From a virus (Duplodnaviria > Caudoviricetes), in IMG/VR virus record IMGVR_UViG_3300025120_010521: DNA of 64,000 bases. One strand, written 5' to 3'. The notes below the pieces were generated by a model. The model was not told the origin of the DNA. It worked only from the letters and a program-made list of their open reading frames with translations, and ran no database searches. Numbering within the stretch: the stretch's first letter is position 1; each line of letters begins with the position of its first letter. The position numbers were made by a program, and so were the translations under genes. This document shows positions 57,462 through 64,000 of the stretch, piece by piece.

Positions 57462-57673
57462 CTAAACCCCAATCAAGGTGGCCAAAAGTGAGCAAAAAAT
57501 TTGTCCCACTCAATTAGGGTTCCGTTATTATATTTCTACCAGATGGTAACGTATATACAACGCGATATAATTCATCCTCATTCAAGAGATCTTACCCCTC
57601 AAGATTCATGGTTTATACCAAACCCAAAAAACCAACGATAGCTTGAACCTCAAGTTTCTATGGTTTCTCACTA
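57462..57673 (-). ncRNA. candidate ~210-nt structured non-coding RNA
   Basis: Gap without a long ORF; at least 6 stems with G.U pairs favouring the minus strand; starts just after TATAAATA. Confidence 0.6.
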
Positions 57674-57677
57674 TATG

Positions 57678-57685
57678 TATTTATA
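57678..57685 (-). promoter_or_regulatory. T4-type late promoter TATAAATA
   Basis: Exact octamer with no protein gene within ~270 nt downstream. Confidence 0.7.
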
Positions 57686-57705
57686 TATTAAAACTACTGA
57701 TAATA

Positions 57706-57912
57706 TTATAATGTAATTGGATCAATTGGCATTATTGTTGAAATTGCATTTTTATATACTAATTGAGTATGTTGCTCACGTTGTAGATACAATGTGCTCT
57801 CATCCATTGCCGTTATGACGCCACTCAATTTAATACCGTTAATTAAAAAAACAGTAACTTGAGATTTTGCATCTAATAATTTTTTTATAAATTTGTCTTC
57901 TTGTTCATGCAT
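57706..57912 (-). CDS. hfq: Hfq (Sm-fold RNA chaperone), divergent
   Basis: VTVFLINGIKLSG (Sm1), QLVYKNAIST (Sm2). Confidence 0.93.
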   Translation of the reverse strand: MHEQEDKFIKKLLDAKSQVTVFLINGIKLSGVITAMDESTLYLQREQHTQLVYKNAISTIMPIDPITL

Positions 57913-57945
57913 GATAATTAATAACCTTCATAAGTATTTATCCAG

Positions 57946-58158
57946 TTATTTATTATCTTTAGAGTTTTTAACCAATTTCATCATCATTAGGTATTGTTGA
58001 TACGATTCTTCGACTGCTGGGTATCTCCTACGCATATATTGTTCATGTTTTGCTCGTTGATCTAGTTTAAACTGTTTACGTTTTAATGTATACAGATCTT
58101 GTTCGAGTTGTTTTATTTTATGCGTTTGTAAGTACTCGTCAGGAGCCATTTGTGTCAA
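57946..58158 (-). CDS. hypothetical protein
   Basis: 70-aa ORF. Confidence 0.55.
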   Translation of the reverse strand: MTQMAPDEYLQTHKIKQLEQDLYTLKRKQFKLDQRAKHEQYMRRRYPAVEESYQQYLMMMKLVKNSKDNK

Positions 58159-59635
58159 TCCACTTATTCAACAATTTAATACCCCATCCTGTAGCACCAC
58201 CACTTGCTGTCATTGACCCTTTATCATTCCAAGTAACTCCTGCTATATCAATGTGTGTCCAAGGAACATCATTTACAAACCTCTGTAAAAATTGTGCCGC
58301 TGTTGTTGAACTTGCTTCGCCGCCTTTACCAACATTATGCATGTCAGCAATTGTTGAATCAACGTATTTGTCGTATCTTTCTCCAATTGGATCGCATGGT
58401 AAACGCCATACTTTTTCATCTACTTTATGTCCTGCATCAATAAGTTGATTGCTTAAATCATCATTGTTTGAAAATATGCCAGCAAGTTGATCACCAAGTG
58501 CAATTGAAATTGCTCCGGTTAATGTTGCTAGATTAATCATTGTTTTTGGCTTATATGTTTTTTGTGTGTACCATAAACAGTCTGCTAGAACTACTCTACC
58601 CTCAGCATCTGTATTATCAATTTCAATAGTTTGCCCACTCATTGAGTTGATTACATCTCCAGGCTTATATGCATTACTAGACACCATATTTTCTACTAGC
58701 CCAATAACACCAACTGCGTTAATAGGTAGGTTACGTTTTGCAATACTGATCATTGTACCAACAACCACTGCTGAACCACCCATATCATATTTCATGTCTT
58801 TCAAGCCTCTAGATGGTTTAATTGAATATCCACCAGTATCAAATGTAACTCCTTTACCAACAAAGGCCCTAGGTGCATCACCTTTTTTGCCTTTCATCCA
58901 TTCCATTACAACCATTTTAGATTCTCTAGCACTACCTTGGCCAACTGCCAATAGTGCTTCAGCACCCATTTCTTTTAGTTCTTTTTCACCATATACTTTT
59001 ACTTTGAGTCCTAGTGCTTCTAATCCTTTAACACGTTCAGCATAAGATTCAGGATACAGTACATTTGAAGGCTCTGAAATTAAATCTTTTGCAAATGCTG
59101 TGCCTTCAATTACTGCGTCTTTGTGTGCATACTCTTCTTTTACTTTTTTTAAGTCAGCACCTTCTTGACATATATCAACTTCAAATAATGTTTCTTCTTT
59201 GTCTTTTTTAGTAAAGTATTTGTCAAACTTATATTCTTTTAACTGCATACCAAAAGCAACATTAGTAGATGATGGTAGTACTTCTTTGTCAACAAATGCA
59301 AGTACACGACCTTGTGTGCCACGTTCTTTTAATTTACTATAAATTGCTCCACCTACTTTTTCTAATTTAGCATCATCTAATTTAACAGGATCTCCTACAC
59401 TAACAAACAATGCATCATGGCAAGGCAAGTTGTTAGATGTAATAAAAAAACTATCTAAAAATTTACCTTTAAAATTATTGTGTGTAATTGTTTCGCTTAA
59501 TAATCCATCAGTGCCTTCATCTAGTATTGATGATGAATGAGATAATTGTACTGCATCGTCTTTTGTATAAAGTAAATGTACTTCGCAAGTACTTTCGCCA
59601 CTTGATTCTATATCGTTAATAAAATCTATTTTCAT
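58139..59635 (-). CDS. pepA: leucyl aminopeptidase (M17)
   Basis: GKGVTFDTGG, MKYDMGG, NTDAEGR, ATLTGA. Confidence 0.95.
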   Translation of the reverse strand: MKIDFINDIESSGESTCEVHLLYTKDDAVQLSHSSSILDEGTDGLLSETITHNNFKGKFLDSFFITSNNLPCHDALFVSVGDPVKLDDAKLEKVGGAIYSKLKERGTQGRVLAFVDKEVLPSSTNVAFGMQLKEYKFDKYFTKKDKEETLFEVDICQEGADLKKVKEEYAHKDAVIEGTAFAKDLISEPSNVLYPESYAERVKGLEALGLKVKVYGEKELKEMGAEALLAVGQGSARESKMVVMEWMKGKKGDAPRAFVGKGVTFDTGGYSIKPSRGLKDMKYDMGGSAVVVGTMISIAKRNLPINAVGVIGLVENMVSSNAYKPGDVINSMSGQTIEIDNTDAEGRVVLADCLWYTQKTYKPKTMINLATLTGAISIALGDQLAGIFSNNDDLSNQLIDAGHKVDEKVWRLPCDPIGERYDKYVDSTIADMHNVGKGGEASSTTAAQFLQRFVNDVPWTHIDIAGVTWNDKGSMTASGGATGWGIKLLNKWIDTNGS

Positions 59636-59859
59636 TTGACCTCCATGTCTTTAGTAAGAACTAAAGGTTTTTCTGAAAACATTTCTGAATATACTTTTAG
59701 ATCTTCTTGTTCTTTTTGTTCTCGCTGATCAAATATTTCTATTTGAATTGCTTGTTTAATATCATATGCAAGTTGTGGCCATTTGACTACAAAGTTATGA
59801 ACAAACTCATCTCGTTGTTTTTGATTCATTCTTGCAATTTGTTCTACTACATCAGTCAT
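59632..59859 (-). CDS. hypothetical protein
   Basis: 75-aa ORF. Confidence 0.55.
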   Translation of the reverse strand: MTDVVEQIARMNQKQRDEFVHNFVVKWPQLAYDIKQAIQIEIFDQREQKEQEDLKVYSEMFSEKPLVLTKDMEVK

Positions 59860-60191
59860 GCAACATTTTCTTCCTTAGGCATTTCATACATTGGAAATTC
59901 TGCCTTACCACGTTTAGGTTCGTGCATACCTACTGCCCAACCATTTTCTAATTCAACCCAGTACTTTACGGTCTTTTCTGGACCAGGCCATCCATAATTA
60001 CCAGCATTACGATCTTTAATTTTTACGTCGCTAAACTGTCTGGCAGGAATATCTTTTTTCTTATATTTTGCCATCTTCCACCACCATTGAAAATCTAAAC
60101 CAAGTGTAGTTTCATTTTCAAGTTCTTTTGATATTCCATATTGTTCTGATGCATACAGTCCTAATGGATCGTTTTTGTCTATTTTAGGCAT
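59856..60191 (-). CDS. hypothetical protein
   Basis: 111-aa ORF. Confidence 0.55.
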   Translation of the reverse strand: MPKIDKNDPLGLYASEQYGISKELENETTLGLDFQWWWKMAKYKKKDIPARQFSDVKIKDRNAGNYGWPGPEKTVKYWVELENGWAVGMHEPKRGKAEFPMYEMPKEENVA

Positions 60192-60372
60192 TATATTCTC
60201 CTTTGTAGTTTATTTTTTGTTTAGTTTGTTTATTCCATATATAATGATATGGAAATGCTTTTGGCCTTTTGTCTTTTAAACTAGCCATGGCGTGTTGGGC
60301 ATCTACTTCTGTTTCAAATTTCCAACACAATACGTCATCATGTATTCTTGGTGTGTACCAAATTTCATACAT
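60184..60372 (-). CDS. hypothetical protein
   Basis: 62-aa ORF. Confidence 0.5.
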   Translation of the reverse strand: MYEIWYTPRIHDDVLCWKFETEVDAQHAMASLKDKRPKAFPYHYIWNKQTKQKINYKGEYNA

Positions 60373-60713
60373 TATTTTTTCTCTTCTTCTGTTAAGCTAC
60401 TTAAAAAGTCTGGCTTTGTTTCCAAGCAATAAACTTTTAATGTTTCTTCTTTAAGTATTCTTGTGGCTTTACAATCCTTGCCTGTGATTGACGAAACAAT
60501 GTGATCAGTTGTTGTTTTCTTTCCTTCAACTGCCAATGCTGTATCAACACCTGCTTTTACTATTGTAACCGTTTTGTATGTTTGGTAAGAACTTGATGCT
60601 GTTGCTGTTGCTCCGCCACCAACTAAAAAGCTAGGGGCCGCACATCCTTGTAATAATACAAGTATAGATATCCACAACAACATTAAAAATAGTACTGGTC
60701 TTGGACTCATCAT
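60372..60713 (-). CDS. putative lipoprotein
   Basis: Hydrophobic N-terminus and LLQGC lipobox. Confidence 0.65.
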   Translation of the reverse strand: MMSPRPVLFLMLLWISILVLLQGCAAPSFLVGGGATATASSSYQTYKTVTIVKAGVDTALAVEGKKTTTDHIVSSITGKDCKATRILKEETLKVYCLETKPDFLSSLTEEEKK

Positions 60714-61135
60714 ACTTTTCTACCTGCTGTTTTTAAATCTTCTTTTGCTACTACCATATATGGACCTTTATTATAAGCTGGAACAATAGAGTATTGTTTA
60801 CTAACTTCAAGTCTTTCTTTGGTTTCTTTCCAACTACGTGTACCACCTCTAGTAATTCTATTGCTCAACTTAGGTTGTGGTAATGTTTGCCTAGTCATTG
60901 GTTCTGTAGTAGTTGGGTTACCTAAACTCATTTTCTGTTGTGGTTGTTTTATAGGTTTCCATTTACCTTGAACATAATCAACATACTCTTCAAAAGTCAT
61001 TTTTGACAGTTTCATTTTTGCTAAGAACTTATTATGTTTGCGAAAGCCGTCCATATACGTATGTAACGGTTTTGGCTTTTTTTTGCGCCTTGTCGTATTT
61101 AGGGTAGTAAGCCCTTGTTCTAAGTGCATTGTCAT
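60710..61135 (-). CDS. hypothetical basic phage protein
   Basis: 141 aa, own sigma70 promoter. Confidence 0.6.
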   Translation of the reverse strand: MTMHLEQGLTTLNTTRRKKKPKPLHTYMDGFRKHNKFLAKMKLSKMTFEEYVDYVQGKWKPIKQPQQKMSLGNPTTTEPMTRQTLPQPKLSNRITRGGTRSWKETKERLEVSKQYSIVPAYNKGPYMVVAKEDLKTAGRKV

Positions 61136-61141
61136 AGTATT

Positions 61142-61222
61142 AATATAGCATCAATTAGCAGATTGTCAAGTAAAAGATTAGTCTTTTTTGAAACAATAAG
61201 TCATTGAAATTATTGACTTTTT
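61142..61222 (-). promoter_or_regulatory. Sigma70 promoter with an inverted IHF-like site upstream
   Basis: TTGACA-N16-TATATT; 61197-61222 reads AAAAAgtcAATAAttTCAAtgacTTA on the minus strand. Confidence 0.6.
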
Positions 61223-62238
61223 ATTTTTTTATTTTTTTCTTCTATTTGTTGCTCTGCTACAATGAATGGAGGTTTGCGTAATTTAGAGCTATGATTTAAC
61301 AAAGATAACGTTCTAGTAAAGATTTTATCAAGTTCTTTTTCTAATGATTTTTTATTATCTTCTAAATGTTTTGCAATCATAATTACACCACCTACACCAG
61401 CAACATACTCAGGAATATAAAGTACTCGCTTACTATGTAAATTATAACCTGCTTTATTACTTGCTAGTTGTCCTTCAGATACTCCTACAATGTTTAAAGC
61501 GGACGTTTCGATAGTAACACTTTTATCTAAGTAATCTACTCCATTGCAAAGTACATAAACATCAGACGGAACTTTGTGTGCTTCAGATGTACTACATGTT
61601 CCAAAATATGCATTAGCATATAATTGATTAATGTTTTCTTTATTATCATCACATACTGTAAGATTAGCTTTGTTTTTATCAATTAGTTTGGAAACTTCTT
61701 TTCCAACACTATCTAATCCTTTAACAACAACATGCTTATGTTGTAGAGACTTACTACTACTGTGAAACTGCTGAAGTGCCCTAATAGAATAAAATACTCC
61801 TTTAGCCTGAGCTTTAGAGTATGCTTCATGCTCAACATCAACTAATTGAGGTAAACTTTCTTTTAAGTAATAGTAAAATTCATACTCTAGTTCTTGACCA
61901 ATATATAAATTAATTTCATCTTTATACTGATTTGAAACAAAGTCTACAAACTTATTAATAGCCGATACTTTATTTTTATATGATTCTGTATTAATTGTAA
62001 TTACTCCAGGAGAGTAATTAATGCCAGCATACTTAAACTTTTTATCTATAGATTTAGCATACTTTATTGTATTATCAAATTGTTGATTTTTTGATGTGAA
62101 TGACTCGAATTTAATTTCTACTAAAGGTTTTTTATCGTTATCATTAGAAATTGCAATTACTGACTCAAATCCGCATTCATCATCGCTAACGTGTGATACT
62201 GAGAATTTTTCGTATCCAATTGGATCGATTTTAATCAT
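61210..62238 (-). CDS. Glu/Leu/Phe/Val dehydrogenase homolog with degenerate active site
   Basis: Colinear similarity (SDDECGFESVIAI, AKGVFYSIRA, HVVVKGLDSVG, DVYVLC, YIPEYVAGVGGVI), but GGGK, AEDVG and ANN are missing. Confidence 0.7.
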   Translation of the reverse strand: MIKIDPIGYEKFSVSHVSDDECGFESVIAISNDNDKKPLVEIKFESFTSKNQQFDNTIKYAKSIDKKFKYAGINYSPGVITINTESYKNKVSAINKFVDFVSNQYKDEINLYIGQELEYEFYYYLKESLPQLVDVEHEAYSKAQAKGVFYSIRALQQFHSSSKSLQHKHVVVKGLDSVGKEVSKLIDKNKANLTVCDDNKENINQLYANAYFGTCSTSEAHKVPSDVYVLCNGVDYLDKSVTIETSALNIVGVSEGQLASNKAGYNLHSKRVLYIPEYVAGVGGVIMIAKHLEDNKKSLEKELDKIFTRTLSLLNHSSKLRKPPFIVAEQQIEEKNKKIKSQ

Positions 62239-62253
62239 TTTATTTGTCTCCGC

Positions 62254-62970
62254 TTATTTCTTCTCGGGTTGACTAACTGTCTGCTGTGCTTTTGTTAATT
62301 CTTCAAATTCTTTGTCTGTTACTTTTTTAATAACAAATACTAAATTTTTTTCTTTGAATGTTTTATCATCTTCACCTTTTGGATTACCATTAATAAGTTC
62401 AATTGAAAAATCTGTTGCTACTTGAATTTGAAATTTATGTCTTAAAAACAATGACGCCCATTGTTTTGCTCCCATTACCGAATAATGATTAGCCATATAT
62501 TCAATAGGTCTAAAATTATCTGGTGCAGGCATTTCAATGTATGCTTTTCCACCAGTCTTTAATACTCTACGAAATTCACCAAGTGTAAAATATGGGAAAG
62601 GTGAATGTTCTAAGCAATGTCTAACAAAAAGGAAATCAAAAGATTCATCTGCAAAAGTCATAAAAGACTGATCCATATTTTCACATTCAAAGCCTCTGTC
62701 TTTAGTTGCTTTTACATCTTCATTACTCATTGTGATGCCTTTAATATTTGTAAACCCTGCTTCTTTAAATTTTTCCATAGCATAACCTTGACCACAACCA
62801 ATATCAAGTATCGCTTGGTCTTTGTTATCGCCTAGTTGATTTTTTTCTAAGTCAGGAACTATCTGATCAATCATTTTTGTGTGCATAGCACTATCTGGTT
62901 CTGAATATACTTCACTAGATACCTTGTTTAAAAAATTTGTTATTTTTTGTAATTTATCTGTTATTTCCAT
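62254..62970 (-). CDS. class I SAM-dependent methyltransferase
   Basis: ILDIGCGQG, FDFLFVRHCLEHS, RVLKTGG. Confidence 0.88.
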   Translation of the reverse strand: MEITDKLQKITNFLNKVSSEVYSEPDSAMHTKMIDQIVPDLEKNQLGDNKDQAILDIGCGQGYAMEKFKEAGFTNIKGITMSNEDVKATKDRGFECENMDQSFMTFADESFDFLFVRHCLEHSPFPYFTLGEFRRVLKTGGKAYIEMPAPDNFRPIEYMANHYSVMGAKQWASLFLRHKFQIQVATDFSIELINGNPKGEDDKTFKEKNLVFVIKKVTDKEFEELTKAQQTVSQPEKK

Positions 62971-62992
62971 TTTTATTCTTTCTTGTGTTATT

Positions 62993-63067
62993 TGGAGCGG
63001 GTAAAGGGGTTCGAACCCTTGACCTATTCGTTGGCAACGAATCGCTCTACCACTGAGCTACACCCGC
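62993..63067 (-). tRNA. tRNA-Gly (GCC), CCA encoded
   Basis: GCGGGTG TA GCTC AGTGGTA GAGC G ATTCG TTGCCAA CGAAT AGGTC AAGGG TTCGAAC CCCTT TACCCGC T CCA; own TTGACA-N17-TATTAT promoter. Confidence 0.97.
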
Positions 63068-63121
63068 CTAACATCATAATAATATAATACTTGTTTTCAT
63101 TAATTATGTCAACACCTATTA

Positions 63122-63517
63122 TTAATTTGCTAAAGGATTTGTTGCTTTTAATCTTACTTCTTCAATTTTAGAATCTTGTAATTCATTTACTTTTGATTGA
63201 ATTTCAATATCTTTTTGTGCTTCGGCCATTTCTGTCCATAGCTCTTCTACATCTGCCCAAAGTTCATTAATACCTTCGTCTGATTCAGAACTCATTTTAT
63301 CTTCAATTATTTTGATTCTATCAATTACTTCGACTCTGATGTTAGCAATTTTATCATTTACAGATGTAAGATCTACTGTTTGATTTACAATAAAATCTTT
63401 ATTTTCAATTGCTGATAGTCTTGTATTAAATTCACCCCATGCGTAGAATCCACCACCAATTGCACCTATTACACCAATAAGCGATGCATAAGTTGTTAGT
63501 TTATCAATTATTTTCAT
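63122..63517 (-). CDS. hypothetical membrane-anchored coiled-coil protein
   Basis: N-terminal TM (LIGVIGAIGGGFYAW), heptad region. Confidence 0.6.
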   Translation of the reverse strand: MKIIDKLTTYASLIGVIGAIGGGFYAWGEFNTRLSAIENKDFIVNQTVDLTSVNDKIANIRVEVIDRIKIIEDKMSSESDEGINELWADVEELWTEMAEAQKDIEIQSKVNELQDSKIEEVRLKATNPLAN

Positions 63518-64000
63518 TTCTAAGTACCTCTAATTCGGCTTGTAGCCTTGCTATATCGTTGTTTACTTTATTTACCTTTAGTTCGTGCTGTGCCACAGGA
63601 TCTGACTGTATATAAGAAGTTAATGTAACATCTTGGTATATTGACCTATTATATGCCATTAATATAGTATCTTCAGCATACCAATCTGGATTGTCTTGTA
63701 GTTTTCTTGTGTCATAAAACTGTTGGTTTGCGTATTCAGTTATGTCAGGTTGATCTTCAATCATACCTTGTAATGTTACAATTGATATAACTTTTAATTT
63801 CTGATCAAGTGTTTTTAATTTTGATTCTAATTTTTTAAGTACTTTTTCCACTTTGGCTTGAATTTCGCTAACTTCTGATTCTACACTATCGGTATCAACA
63901 CTTGCATCTGCACCATCTTGTTCATCAGTGGATGCTTCTTCGTTACCGTCTTCCACTGACTCTTCTTCATTACCAGTGGACTCTTCTTGTTCAGTTGTTT
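63504..64000 (-). CDS. acidic protein, 5'-truncated by the window edge
   Basis: Frame stays open to 64000 (TTEQEESTGNEEESVEDG...); the track start is an internal GTG. Confidence 0.65.
   Translation of the reverse strand, partial: TTEQEESTGNEEESVEDGNEEASTDEQDGADASVDTDSVESEVSEIQAKVEKVLKKLESKLKTLDQKLKVISIVTLQGMIEDQPDITEYANQQFYDTRKLQDNPDWYAEDTILMAYNRSIYQDVTLTSYIQSDPVAQHELKVNKVNNDIARLQAELEVLRNENN

Noticed and set aside
57514-57585. 23-codon TTG-started ORF (MNEDELYRVVYTLPSGRNIITEP) inside the candidate ncRNA
   Set aside because: Short, weak start, SD buried in a hairpin; cannot be excluded but not supported
57462-57673. tmRNA, RNase P, SRP or 6S identity for the structured region
   Set aside because: No T-arm/CCA or tag ORF, no GAGGAAAGUCC, no SRP GGAA/AGCAG loop; multi-hairpin rather than a 6S rod
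62993-63067. tRNA as an integration site or suppressor/recoding tRNA
   Set aside because: Ordinary Gly-GCC, no integrase or att repeat nearby, and ORFs translate cleanly with code 11
1-64000. Cellular (bacterial chromosome) origin suggested by clpA, hfq, infA, pepA and btuB
   Set aside because: These are interspersed with PolB, clamp, RFC, tail fibre, spanins and T4-type late promoters and lack their usual bacterial operon neighbours

Overview
64 kb of a strongly AT-rich, gene-dense genome, almost entirely on the minus strand, that reads as a large/jumbo tailed dsDNA phage. It has PolB, a sliding clamp, an RFC-type clamp loader, a T4-like 5'-3' exonuclease, virion/tail-fibre genes, an M15 endolysin, a spanin pair, T4-style TATAAATA/TAAATA late promoters and sigma70 TTGACA/TATAAT early promoters. 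Host-derived genes (BtuB-like receptor, DUF6580-like, zf-CHCC, Prx5, PepA, ClpA, PDF, IF-1, Hfq, IscA) suggest a marine alphaproteobacterial host such as SAR11 (inference). Main highlights: (1) a dispersed 7-deazaguanine pathway (FolE, QueD, QueE, TGT/DpdA-like; no QueC/QueF in the window) with a GT-B glycosyltransferase that resembles the queuosine mannosyltransferase (QTMAN/GTDC1) family plus nucleotide-sugar enzymes, suggesting a glycosylated deazaguanine; (2) a candidate preQ1-like pseudoknot in the folE leader; (3) an Hfq with a degenerate proximal face and rim, directly followed by a late-promoter-driven ~210-nt structured RNA candidate; (4) a glnA (glutamine) riboswitch controlling an unannotated 51-aa basic protein; (5) apparent avoidance of GCWGC across the window, many leaderless genes and RBS-occluding hairpins around late promoters. 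One tRNA-Gly(GCC). No CRISPR, integrase or RT seen. Family assignments come from motif recognition only; no searches were run.
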